From the NCBI GenBank assembly GCA_030141605.1, contig JAQGDQ010000925.1, positions 1 to 64,000 of the forward strand: a DNA stretch of 64,000 nt. The letters are read 5' to 3'. Under the pieces are notes generated by a model that saw nothing but the letters and a program-made list of their open reading frames with translations, did no database searches and was not told where the DNA came from. Both the position numbers and the translations under genes were made by a program. Shown in pieces: positions 48,230 through 61,715 of this stretch (position 1 is the first letter of the stretch; each line of letters starts with the position of its first letter). The DNA comes from Tubiluchus corallicola (taxonomy: Eukaryota; Animalia; Priapulida).

Positions 48230-48420
48230 TTCTGTCCGGAATTTATCTAAAGAAAGTATGTGACAGCGCACAGAGTCATTTGATACAGAGGAAAGGCAAA
48301 AATTGTTGAGTTGGTACCAAATACCCCTTACGGAAGTGAACGACTGTATTAACTGTTGGAAGAAATGCGTTCATCTAGATTCCATTGAAAATGGTGGCAC
48401 CTCGAAGGGTTGCTGTAAAT
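48230..48420 (+). mobile_element. Possible mariner/Tc1 transposase C-terminal remnant
   Basis: ...WYQIPLTEVNDCINCWKKCVHLDSIENGG resembles the WxxIPxxxIxxxIxxWxxRxxxxIxxxGG transposase ending. Heavily decayed. Confidence 0.35.
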
Positions 48421-50725
48421 CTCAACAATTTAGTGACACGAAGCTTTTTTGGCTTGTTAATTTAAAACTGCTGCATCTTTTGAAAAATGTGAGGGAATGA
48501 CCTAAAATTTTTGGTGTTTATTCATAAGCATATGTAACATCTATGAGGTAATTTTTAACGGATTCATTTATTTCCTGCTTATAAAATCATAATCAAAGTT
48601 TTGGCATATTTTTGCAAAAATGATATACCTAATTATAAATTTGTATAAATACATAATTTTATTAAGCGGATAAGATAAAGATAGACTCTTAATTTAAAAT
48701 TGATACAGTATATGTAACGTACTTTCGTGTTAAAGTTTTTTTGTGATGAATGATAGAGTACCCAGATACTAGTAACTGCCATTAATGATTTGGGTACTTT
48801 GTGCAATTCATTTAATTTGCAATTAAATTGGCTACTTGCACTTTAATAAGCTTACGCAGTACGTGAACCTTTAACGTTACGTCGAATGTCTGTTCACCTG
48901 TAGCCTCAATGATGAATTGCAATGTTCAGTGCTGCGTGGTTAATTAGGTTAACATCAATGTATGGCGTGTTCAGTCAGTAATGTCGCCTCCATAGTACTG
49001 TGCTCATAAGTGTATCGTGTTCAGTTTTTGTGGTTTATTAGCTATTGAGGAACAGGTGCTTCATGTGCAGTAGATTGTACATTATTGTATATTGAACGTT
49101 GCATTTTTTGTTATTCAAATTACAACTATTTAGCGATTTTGACGTGCCAAAAATGAAGAAAAATATACTCGGTATGTAAAATGTACTGTAATCACTTTGG
49201 TCTACACAGATTCAGTTCCTATGCACTTCAACTTCATTACAGAAAAGTGCTTTATATATGTGAGGTGAACTGTGAAAATCAAGCCAACGGCATGTAAGTT
49301 ATGCAAAATTTCAAGACGAATTTTTTAAGCTTTAATTTTGAAGAGTGTTCAAAATGAACAGTATAATATAGAATGTCTATCAGAACGTACTTTTAGAAAC
49401 ATTGCTGTATGTATTCGGAATAGGGGCTTAATAGGACAAAGTTGCTGGTCGACCTTTCAAGGTATTTTAAACAAACTGAGATTTTATAAATTTCGAGAGC
49501 TAAACTGTTGGGTTGTAGACATGACAAAAAGATCAGTATTGAACTTAGGTCCTTGAGTATATCTTGCAGAGCTTATCCTGTCTCAGGCTAAATCTATGTT
49601 CATCAGATTTACACTGGAGAGCTGTCTCAGGCTAAATCTATGTTCGTCAGATTTACATTGGTTTTTCTTTCACTGGAGAGCTCATAAGAAAGCTCATGTG
49701 TTCTATAGAGGTTTGAATCCTGACTTCTTTGAGTCCTTTTTCAGTCAGACGCTCACACTGCTTAAGAGGAAGCTATGCACTACATTGTTTACATTGATCA
49801 GATTTATCAAGTGTAGTCAAAAACTGATTAATTGTTAGCATTGCGTGTGAGTTCTCCAATAGCGGATTTAATTATTGACCTGATATTGCAACTTATTTAC
49901 TCAAGTAGTGTGATTACTGTCGCGTTCTCAACCTCGACTGTTTTCAGAAATGTTTATTTATGAGCGCTTAAGAACTAGGCCAAGTTTACCTTAACAAGGT
50001 AACGTTGGTGGTTAAGCAATCTGCAAAATAAAGTGATTTCACTGACGAATTTGTTATTTAACTCTTTTTTGTTGTTCTTTTTCAATAAATTGATTCACAT
50101 ACCATACGCAGTTTTGCTAAGCGTTGTACAAATTACAACAGAGATATTTACCGAATAGTAGTGGAGAAATTTTGTTATAAATAATACTGTTTTTGTTAAA
50201 ATACACATCTTTTTATGCTTACACCACTCATTTGTTCTAGCAGTCTAACTTCTGCAAAACTTCTAGTAACTTTTCCGAAATTTATAAGGTAATCGTCTTA
50301 ACCGTTTTGAAAGGACGACTTCCAACAAGAGACAAATTTTCACTGATTTTTGAGTCAGTGTTTCCTCACCAGACACTTTTATTGCTCTAGTGATGCAAAC
50401 AACATTATTCGGCATTAAATTTTTAAAAGTACATTAGTGCACCACGTTTTTTTCAACACAGTGATGCCACTTCAAACCACATTTACATTTATTTTTTGTG
50501 GTGGCATGTTGGCCAAAAAAAGAATAAAACTCTGTTCACACTGTGGCTCTTGGACCGAATGTACATGGTTAAAAAAACCTTAGAATTGAGCTGTCAATTT
50601 ACAACTGGAAGAAGCTTGAGTTTTTTTGCGAAGTGTCTTGTCAAACGCATTTTACAACTTTTGTTATCTTTCTGATTAATACTGACAGGACAGGTAAAAG
50701 CCAACCGTGAAACTTCTTCTGGGGT

Positions 50726-51050
50726 GGACCAAGAGCAAGTTGGTCCGGAATAAATTTGCAGAAATTCGCTATAACAGTGTCATCAAGTGATCCTTGTGCT
50801 GTCTACACAAATTTATGATATATTTCTTTAAAAAGCTATGAACTTGCACATTTGTGTGGTGAGTAAAAATGCTGTGAAATTAATTAATCTCTTTTACATA
50901 TATGATGCACATAAGCTGTTGGACCAAGAACAAGTTGGTCCGGAATAAATTTGTTGAAATTCACTATAACAGTGTCATCAAGTGATCCTTGTGCTGTCTA
51001 CACAAATTGATATATTTCCTTAAAAAACTCTGGACTTGCACATTTTGTGA
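50726..51050. repeat. Local direct duplication of ~130 bp (50726-50860 and 50921-51050)
   Basis: ggaccaaga.caagttggtccggaataaatttg..gaaattc.ctataacagtgtcatcaagtgatccttgtgctgtctacacaaatt occurs twice. A 44-bp tandem duplication is also at ~49578-49660. Confidence 0.9.
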
Positions 51051-51116
51051 AGTTTTACACTCTCGTATAAAAACGGCCTTAAATTCTTAATCAATATACA
51101 TAAGAAATAAATTTGC

Positions 51117-51245
51117 CTAAAGTGTACGATTCCCCACACACAAGAAATTAGTTCGTGAAACGGATTAAGGTTAGGATTACGATTGGGGCTGGGGTTAGGG
51201 ATAGGGTTAGGGTATTTAAGTAGTGTGGAGATTTGTAAACTCCTT
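51117..51245 (+). mobile_element. Short dispersed element with internal degenerate (TTAGGG)n. Further copies at ~51737-51857 and ~58428-58583
   Basis: Shared taaagt.tac.at.ccccacac.caagaaattagttcgt...(ggttag)n...ggtat...tgtaaact. The ends aaagtttaca / tgtaaact form short inverted repeats. Confidence 0.75.
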
Positions 51246-54200
51246 TCATAATTTTTTAGCACATTTTTATTTACCGGTTAACTTTCCTTGGATTTCGGTA
51301 ACACATACAGTAAGTTAACTCAATATTCGTTTTATCTTGGCTGCTTTGTTAAATATTTTTGTAAAACTGAGATTGTAAACTTTTTGTAAAGAAATTTGCA
51401 AACTTGATGACACAATAGTTTCAGAAGGCATGAGCCCACTGAAAGCAGACTGACTGCTACAGTTATGAGTTATGTAAAGTGTCAGTCCACAGAAAGAAAT
51501 GTTCAACTTTAATATTTGTTGACTGTGGGAATGTCTAACATTTTTAAATTGTACATAAAAGATTTTTCAATGTCAAAAAGCCATATCAAATTCGCTGAAG
51601 CTTTGATTGTGTCAAAAGCAGTCACATTGCCAGTTATTGGGTTTATGTGATAAAAAATTGCAAAAAATGCATCGAATTGCTATTATCTAAAGTTGCGGCT
51701 TGAATTTTGTAGATCATTTATAAACTTGTTTTTGGCTAAAGTTTACAATACCCCACACGCAAGAAATTAGTTCGTTAAGCAGATTAGGGCTAAGATTAAG
51801 GTTGGAGTTAGGGTTAGGGTTAGGGTATTTTAATTGTGCAGGTAATTGTAAACTCTTTCTGATTTTTACTTTTTTTCTGATTTAAATATATTTTTAAGCT
51901 GTTTTGCTTTCCATCGTGTAATTGTTTATTAACGGACAAGAAAAGGGGTAGCTGAAGTAGGTTTCAGAAAAATCGCCTTAAAAAGTAATTATAGTAATTT
52001 GGGTACATCGTACTCGCGTTGAAAGGATTTTTTGTACTTCCCGCGACACTGTTCCGACGGCGTCATTATGTGACGTCACTACGCAAACGTAAATCAGAGG
52101 AAGAAAGGCAATGTTAAATTAAATGCATTATGCCCCAAAAAACTTTCCGTGCAAATCTTGCTGGAAAGACTTGTGTGTAACTAAAAATAGTAATTTAAAA
52201 TGTTTGTGGCAATTGGTAAAATGTCGCCTGACTCTCCAGGGTGCGCCACTCACTGACCAAAAACGTATTTTTAATCTTATTGACAAGATACAGTAATTTA
52301 AAATTTTACTTAGTGAGCAATATGTATGCCACGAATGCTCTGATTCTTTTTTCAAACGTTACTCAGTGTTATCTAAATTTGTTGCAAACGACTACATCAA
52401 AATGCTGCGCCTAACGGTCATCGCGGGAGTTTAAATTTACACGTTCTATACAGTGTTACGGCCGACTTAAACCCTGCGTGCAAAAAGGCAGTATGTAAGT
52501 GGTATAAATTTCAAGACGAATTTTTTAAACTTTATGTAAGTGAAGGGTTATCTTATGCTTTAAGTTAACCATCTTAAGACTATTGGGTATTTTGTCTGTT
52601 TTCGTATGTCCCTTATTTCAACAGCAGTGGACAATACCAATTCACTGTATTTTTGTAATTACACATGTACATGACAAAAATACCTTCTTAAAATTCACAA
52701 GAAAACTGGAACAGGGGTGTTTCAAGCAGCGGAGCGTTTCTAATTCGCTAAAGAGCATTTCTGTGTTTTTAAAAACGTAGTCGGGTTTAGAAAAGATTGC
52801 AGCGCCAATAATTGACTTGGGTAAAAAGGCCATAAACTTTAATTGAATCCTGCTGGCTTTATTGTTTGCTACATGTTATCTGCCGGCAGGCGGAACTTAG
52901 AATGGATTTGTTTACAAATTCGAAGTGTTCACCAGTCGACTGGGTTTGGCTTAACAGAGCATTAGTCCTTTCGAGTGTTTTTCTTTTGCTAAAATTGTGC
53001 AAATAAATCGATAGGTCATTTGTGTAAAATATCAGTAGTTGTGCGACGTTGTTATATAAAATCCCATTGCAGTAGACCTTGAACTAAAACTTGACCTTGT
53101 TTACTAAATTAGTAAAGGCATTGTTTACTAAATTAGTAAATAATTGAAGTTTTAAATGCAATGCTGAATTCATGTATAGACCTAATTATTTAAAAAATTA
53201 CCCTATTTCCCAGCCGATTGCAGCTTTTAACTAGTGCTATATGGTAATGTTTTAGCAAACTATACTACATATAATAAACTAAAATACATATTTCACAAGA
53301 ATGCGAAAGTAGGTGATGTCAGCTAGTGAATAACTGTGGGCACTAACTGTATCTAGTCTTTAACGTCGTAAAATAGCCTTATTAATTATCTGAATTATTT
53401 CCACTTTATGATGCCTAGATTTTTCGGATTGATGGCCTTTGATGTATTTATATGCGTGTGAGAATGTCAATCTAGGCCTGTGTTTTGCATTAATATGTAA
53501 ACTCCATTCGACTCTGTGCAAGATAGTTCGTGATAAAGAAACGAAATGAGAAACTTATATAAATTGTAATTTCAACAAATTTTTCGCGGCATTTTTTCGA
53601 AAATTTAATACAAGTTTGGTGAGTACTCTTGATGCATTTTTGACCAATGATGCAGAGAAATTCATTTAAAACTATTTCACTAGAGGGCATGTTACCTGAC
53701 TAACCTGCTGATTTATTGTCCCACCTGTAAGGTGTCCTTGCCCAACAACACCTATGCAATTCTGCAAGTCCATTTCCACTTATAGAGAATGTTGAAGTGT
53801 TTTAAAATGGTCTGTTTATTGAGGAAATACACGTGTTTTGTATTGTTGGTGACAAGGTTTAAGTTGCATTCGACAATTATGACGTCAGAAGTTGATTGTC
53901 TCCATGGAACAAACTGAGAAAGTGGTGAGAAAGAGAGTTCGTGTTTGTAACTTGCTGTATAAGTCTCTGATTTAGCATGTATACATGTTGTAATGGTAGT
54001 CACTATTCATACAGCTGCGTGTAATAATTAAGGTTCCGCAATATTTGCAGAATTTTATTGGAAATCAGACGTTCATCATTTTTTTACTTTCGTAAATTCT
54101 TCACTTGAACACTGGTATTTCTTTAAGTGGTCTATTTAACTCAGGAATTGTTCATTAATTGTAATAAATACGTTTCGTATTTTATGTAGTTATTTTATTC

Positions 54201-57200
54201 CCAATTGATTACGCCGTTTTTACTGACAGAATTAAACTTGGAAAAGCAAGAGGTGCCTTTGTGGCCTCTCTATTGGCTTTGATAATAGCGTTTAGATAAG
54301 CAAGCACATTCCGTCAAGAGCCTTCCATTGCTGGTCTAAAGTTTTGGGCCTAATTACCCTTCATTTAAACACGTAGGGTGCCCGGGAGTGATGTGTCAAC
54401 TCATGTGGGTGAAAGAAACAAACAAATAGAGTGGCAGTATGAAATCATGACAATGCCAATCGCCACTCAAGCTAAGTTGTATATATAGTAAAAAGGCGAA
54501 GAGGCTACGTGAATAAGCATTCAGAGGCATATTTCATTTATTACTAATTTGCTTACTATAGGATATGTGTTGCTGCTCTTTTCAACAGAGGCAGATTGTA
54601 GTTTTCAGGGAAACACTTCTGGCTGGGAGAATTCCACAGATAAAAAGCCTTGTGGGAAAAATGGGTAAAAAATAAAAGTATCGGAAGAAGATAGTGCGTT
54701 AACTGTTTAATAACGCCTATGCACAAAATTGCAAATTTTTGCCTTATATATAGTCTGAATTAAGTTGAACTAGAAACTAGCAATCATTATCCTGCTTGAA
54801 CTTGCTAATTCTATAGGGTTTATTGATGCATTTAACTGGTGTCGCTGCCAGTTTTCAAACCAGCAGAACGTCCTTTTTACCTGGAGACTCGTTATGGCTT
54901 CATTTAATTAAACTTGAGTGGGATTAGATTAGGATTTGGCTTCTCTCTCATGTTCGTCCAATTCTCCTTGATCATAACAATGGTAAAACATTGATTAGTT
55001 TGCACAGTACAGCTCTCGCATGCTTGTAGACAAACCAGCCTGCGTGTGGGTTGCCTCATTCCAGGAGTTGTGATCGCTGATCACTGTGGTATGCTTGATG
55101 CCTATTCAGTAACTGGCTTCAGTAATAGAGTGACAGCCAGGGGATAACCATTCTGCGGTATCTATTAGTTAGCTAGGTTTATTAATAAAATATACGGCTT
55201 GCTGATATTAACCTATTTCTGGGGAAATACTGGTGTCCGAAGGTTGAACACAAGATTAACTAACTGGTATCGAATGTAAGTAAAAATGGCACAGGAAAAA
55301 ATGGCACACTTAGCAATATATGTGCTTAGGGTTAAAGTTATAGTGGATATAATTATTTTAATTATTTTTATCTCTGCCAATATAAATTTATTTAAAGAAC
55401 AAATATTTCATGAGTCTTTTGCTAGTCTACATAATACCAATGCATGTTTATCTTTATCTTTTTGTGAAATTTTTTTCGCATTTGGCAGAGATCTGCTTCC
55501 CACTGAGCGCATTCTAGTTTTATTATAGAAATCGTCTGCATCGAAATAACGTATGTGCCATTTTTCCTGTGTCAACAGCGCAGTAACAAATTTTATAAAG
55601 CATGCCAATATTAGACCGTGAAAGTCAGATATGTCTAGTTATACAAAGTTATATGTGGTATATAACTGTATATCGAAATATGCAGGATCATTGCATCTTT
55701 TCTGGAATCAGCCTTTCATGTTAGGAATCATTTATTGTCTTTAAAATCTAGGTACTATTGTGTAGACTGTAGAGAGTTATTAAGTACTACTGTATGTAAC
55801 ATTGTTGTGATAACTATTTTTAATGCTTGTATTAATTAGTTGTTATTTGTTCTGTACGTTTGTGCCACAATATTCCTTTGTAAGGGGATTTTGTCTCTAG
55901 TAAACGTCTCTTTCACTGTTGATTAAATCTGTCTTGTTTATTTGTAATGTAATGTATGTCATGGTGGTTGAATAAACAAACACGCGTATGGTAAGAAAAT
56001 CGGCATACTATTATTTTTGCGCAGAATTCCAGGTTTATTTTGTCATATTTCTACTGCAATATTTCTTTTGGAGCACCTTGTATATGTTTTTTACGATAAT
56101 GTGTTTCATTGTGGAATCTAACTAGCGTAATATCGTCACTGTAGTTCAATATTTCTGCAACTAAAACAGGATGATATCGTTCTATCCTTTGCTTTTTCAA
56201 GGTCAGTGGCGAAAAGGTCAGTGTCATACTTTACTGTATAGTGTAGACAATGTTAATGTACATTGCATGCAGCATTGTACTACTTACCATTCTAGCTAGT
56301 ACTTAGTAGTAAAAAAGCTACTACTTTTCAGAAACTTGTGCAAACTGAAAATTATTCATTTGTTCGTACTTTAGTCTTATTGGTATGTTTCGTTAAGCAT
56401 ATCACTGGCCAAAGATGTCATTCAAAGGTCAAAAAATCATTTCCTATTTTCCCGAACTACATCGATGAGCAGTTTTTCTTCAGAGACTTTCAATAACTGA
56501 TTTCATCCACTAGCTGAAATTTTTATTACATGTTTTTCATTTTATTCCTTTCGAATACACTGTCTGTCAGGCTTGTTTTAGTGAAAGATAGTTACATTAT
56601 TTTAAGATTTCGTTCATCTCTGAGATCATTCTCTACATGTACTCGTGTACTTGAATCGACTTTTTGTTACAAGTATGTGGTATACGTAAAGGGTAAGATT
56701 AGAAATGTACCTTAAACTGTTAGCTTTGGTTTAATTTGATAACACTTTATAAGGTTAGACTGGGTTAAGATAGGATAGATTGATTAAGTCATCATTTGTT
56801 ACATAGATCAGTTTGAAATAATTCACATTAAAATCTGTTTCTTGTTTCCCACTGTTTTTATGCCATTGCACGGCAGATGTTAGTTCTTTTTAAGAGTTTA
56901 TAGCCCTTGTTGAGTGCTGTATATTGATGTGTAAATGCTCTGGGAAGCTCTCAATTGGTGTAATTTTCCCTCGCCCGTCTAAGAAACGTGTGATTATGTT
57001 TGACAATAAACGTATTGTTTGCGGTTATGAAGAACAGTGTTGTAGCCAGAACCGAACTCATTGAAATCTAGTAGTCTAGTCAGCTGACTGACCTTAGGAC
57101 AGTAGCCACGGGAATATAACAGCCAAAACTAATGTAGTTTGTGGTGGGAAGTTTTTTGAATTTTGATATTTTAGCGATGATCAACATAGTTTAGCGTAGA

Positions 57201-60200
57201 AAGTTTTCTTGAATATTTAAGCGATGATTTGTGCTGCTTTCTCGCCACTGAAGACCCAGTTTTAAACTGTTGAACTTGTGCCACGTGTACTGTAATTATT
57301 GATTTTCTGATTAGTGGCATATCTGCTAGTGCTCGATGACGGGTTGATGATAAAGAAGCTTTGTACAGTAAGTAATCACCTATCTGTACATTTCATTGTG
57401 ACCTAATTTTGCACATTAATGGGGAGTAATATATTTCGTGTGTCTGCATGCACCGAACCTCCGGAATTAAGGATGCTGATTAATCAATTACTTTAATTTA
57501 CCAGTAGTAATAAAATTTGTAGAATTTTGTTTTCTCTTATTTAATTACATGACCGGCGAGATAACTGTATTGAACTATATGTACTATAATAATGATGCTA
57601 AACAGTACAAAACAGCTCTGCTGGACATCATTTCTTTTCTTGAATTTGTAAATACGTTGTTAAACATCATTCACAGTATGTAACTAACACAAATGCAAAA
57701 CTTAGTATCATGTCATTCATCATAGTCTAACGTGTGCATACAAAATTGTAAAGTTTCCTTCCAAATTATTGGTAAACGAACAGATGGACAGGCAAGCAAG
57801 CAAGCACAGTGTGATTTTCGATAACAGATCATCATATGTAAAATTTTATCTTGTTTTGTACTTTAAAAATCTTATTTTCTTAATTTGCCGCTTGTTGAGT
57901 CGATTACAAGTTAATTTCGTTAACATCCTGCCAGCGTGAGCTTTTGTCATTGGTTTATTACTGTTAAATCGATTTCAGATTTTCTAAGGTGCCCTTTGTG
58001 AATGTTGGTACGCCTTAACAGCAAGTCTCTCGTATCAGGCTACTCCCGCAGTTTGAAACAGCGCAGATTTCCCTCCCCTAACGTGGACTAATATGCAAAT
58101 GTTATAACAAACAAAAGTGCTGGAAAATAGAACTGAACGATGCTAGTTTTTGTTATTTCACTAGCATAATTTTACTGAGGCATTTTAAAAACACGAAATA
58201 AAATTCTCTAAGCATCAGTTTGCCATATGTGCGAGATCTATGGCAACTTCTTGTCTAGTTTAGCACCTACTTGCTGTCACTTTTCATCTTTTCAAACAGG
58301 AAATAAGTTCAATGTATTGATCTTAAATGGCGCCTTTTTGCACTGGAATCAATAACCTTTAAGAAGCGTTACGTCCAATGCAGAAATTTTTGATGAATCA
58401 AAACTGAAAAAAAAAATCGACCAGGACTAAAGTTTACAATTCCCCACACACAAGAAATTAGTTCGTGAAGCGGATTAGGATTAGGGATCGTGTTGGCGTT
58501 AGGATTAGGGTTAGGGTTGGGTTAAAGTTTGGGTTAGGGTTAGGATTGTGGTATCTAAATTGTGTAGGGACTTGTAAACTCCTTCCTAGACTTGTTAAAA
58601 CACAATTTTGTGTGCTTACTCGATATGTTTTTTCAAAAATTTTCAAGTATAGGCCTGAATGTTTACGATCATTGATTTTTCTTATTGCTTCTAGTCACTG
58701 ATCAATCACATTTATTCAGGTTGGGTAGTTGAACACAATCGCGCCAGCTTCCAGGATTATCAGAATGTCAGTTCTTGATGTTATGATAGTTGCCAGCGTC
58801 AAATAATGCTGTTGATTTTGGTGTATTCTGTTGATTTTGTTAGCAGACAGTCAAATTCAAGATTATGTTCGCAATATGTAAGCCTGCGATGTATGAAGCA
58901 AAACGAACAAAAACGCTTTCTTGCGCTCCGCGAGACTGTTTTTCTTTTTTTTCCTTTCTCGTTCTCTTAATAGGGTGCACTATAGGCAACTGTACATTGT
59001 ATAAGCCAGTGTTTGGTGGGTGTGGACTGGCTGTTCAGTACTACATTGATGAATCATTGTCACGTTCCAAGTAACTGTAGGGCGTTTCAGATCTCTAGAA
59101 CATTCGTTTTTGCATTTTGCTACTTTTGATACAGGTAATTATAAACTAACTAATTAATACGGGAGGTGACTCAGGTAAGGTCCTTTTAATATGTCATCCG
59201 TGCGGAAAATAGCACCCTCTGAAGCTACTGATACAGTTAAGTTACAGTATTTGGATTTGCAGGTAAGTGCTACCATCTATCAGCGAGTTTGCACAACTAT
59301 TTGGAACTGATTCTGACTCATTCGTGACTTATCGTTATCGACGAACCGTTTACATAAATTCTATATTAATGTATTATGTGTAAAACATGTTAATGAGATT
59401 ATCTTTGGAAGGCTATCAGTAAGGCTATAATTCTATTTATTCTGATATAGGGAGAATGTGAAAACATAACAATGTGACATTTAAAATTTTTGTTTTACAG
59501 CATTTTACACTTGCCATGATATGAGTCTTTATTCCTCAGTTGTTGCTAGATGTTAGTACGAGGTCTAGTCTAATTACCCAAAGCAACAGCCTAATTTATC
59601 ATAAAGTTTATAAATAAGATTGATCTTATAAAACTCTTGAAATTTATTAAATATTCAAGTAAAGTTTCTAGATATTTCTTTTGTTGTTTTCTACTCCATG
59701 CTTTTATCTGACCTGTGAATTACCTGCATTAATTATTTATGTAACTCATTAAACGTAATTGCAGTGGTGTATTTTTCTTTCGCTACTTAAAACTGAAGCT
59801 CTTCAACTCTTAATAACAAATTTCACAGATAGATGGAGCCAAGTCATAAGGGAAAACGTTGAATAATAGACTCAGTTTAGTAGATTGAATGTCTTTTTTG
59901 CATTGTGACACTAAGCTAAAAAAAACTTTATCCGTCAGTTTCGCTCCAGATGACATTTCTGCCAATGTAATTGGATTAAATGCCTACATCTTAACGTTGT
60001 TTTCACATGTTACGGATAGATGGAGCTAGTTGTATGTAGAGGAAAGTTTGAAGTAGCAGGACTTTGTTGAAATCTTTTCTTTATTAAGCATTGCGAAAAA
60101 ATATCTTTACTCTGAGATTACTTTCTAGCTAAGACAAAATGTCGGTGTTATGTTCTGGTCTAATATGTCCAGGTTTAGGCTTTTAAGTTAACAAGCTTTT

Positions 60201-60299
60201 AAACTGTGCTAGGACAATTGACAAGTCAGTTGGCTAGTCATCATGAACTGATTCTGGAGAAATGCATTAAGATTAGTGTAGATGCCTTCTTAAAATACG

Positions 60300-61715
60300 G
60301 GTCTCAAAACTTATAACTTTATCTCACATACCACTTATTTTCTCGGTAGACCAAATCAACAACGCATTTTTCCAACGGAATGTGACGATGGATGACAGAA
60401 ACTGAAATCCGAATCTCTAATTTTTATCCATTTTCTGTGGCTATAATTGTCGCATCAAGAAAATAAATTGTCTTCAAAAAATTGTGATTTTGACGCTGTT
60501 TACAGTTAGAATTGTTATTAAAGACGAACGGTAGATTTTTAAGACAGCCCTTTTTGTAACTTGCCTGTTAAATCGACCGTCTCCGTCGAGTTCCACGTGT
60601 GCACAGCCAACGTCTTCCGAATCAATACGACATACCTTAGTTTAAAAAGCTGCTTACTGACAACGCCGCGGCTAACATTAGGCGCTGGCTGCAGTGAACG
60701 CACTGAAATTAATTTATAACAATACTATCAACATGAAAACTATTGCAGATTGATAAAAAATACTGGAATTATTTTGGTAAGGTTCCGTTGTGAAATTTAA
60801 CCAGAATTCATTTGTGTACCTACAAACGCGGTGCCCACAAAGGATCATTTGTTCTCGGCGGCAAACGTCAGACCTACTTTAAAAAACAGCGGGATTTGAT
60901 ACAGTGGACTGGGTGGAAGAAGAGTCTGTAGATTTTTGTCGTGAACTTCGTGCGTGGACTGATTCGTGGAACATTGTGATATGTAGATGAATACAGTAAA
61001 TTAATTGGTCAATTTCCACTGGTGTTGATTAATTCATGCGTCTATGAGCTCAGCTGGTCACAGATGTTTGATTGCTGTAATGATTGCATACGCTTAATCT
61101 AAGGAAATTGAACTCGGCTAGCTCATAACTCTTGACAATTTGGACTGAATAAATAAGAAGTTCTGTACCAACGCAAAAATTGACTGTATGAAATTTCTCA
61201 ATACATTGGTGTTTTTTTCATTTAGTGAAGCTACAGTTTTAGAATTTACAACATTACAAAGTGCCATTTTGGATCTTACGTGACATTTCATCGAAGTGCC
61301 TTACTTGTACTTAAACTACTGTACTCCACATAGTGTACTGTACTTTACTATATTGTACTATATAAAATTATGGGTTACATTGCAGCTTGCAGGTACATAA
61401 CTGTTGATAACTTTTTCCTACATGGCAACGAATAATTATCTACTTCAATACTATTAACCTAGGCAAACAGCTCATGTTTGAATAAGTACAACAATCCAAC
61501 AGTTATTTCTGGCTAGCTAGCCTAGTCGAACTTTATTTGGTAGTATAGTATACTCAAGACTGGCTCTGTATGGCTACCTGGCTCCCACCGTCACATTCCG
61601 TTGGAAAAATCAACACGGATATTTTTACTGCGTTTTTGAAGTGGCCTACCGGAAAAATAAAAGTGCTGCGGTAGTTAGTGTGACTGTGACACGAAGCTAT
61701 AACTTTTAATGCGTG
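60300..61715. mobile_element. ~1.4-kb non-autonomous DNA element with ~100-bp imperfect terminal inverted repeats
   Basis: tttttccaacggaatgtgacg (~60367-60387) is the exact reverse complement of cgtcacattccgttggaaaaa (61589-61609). Weaker pairing extends outward (ttattttctcggtag / ctaccggaaaaataa). Confidence 0.6.

Noticed and set aside
50726-51050. Direct repeats as CRISPR array or LTR pair
   Set aside because: Only two ~130-bp copies, with no spacer series, no cas genes, no TG..CA ends and no internal retroelement sequence; the context is eukaryotic.
57248-57280. CTGAAGA-cccag-ttttaaa-ctg-ttGAAC as another hammerhead
   Set aside because: The GAAA core and cleavage triplet are absent and there is no convincing helix I.
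57314-57367. Possible micro-exon (LAYLLVLDDGLMIKKLCT), roughly phase-compatible with the 47659 donor
   Set aside because: Too short, with no recognisable homology. The splice signals alone are insufficient evidence.
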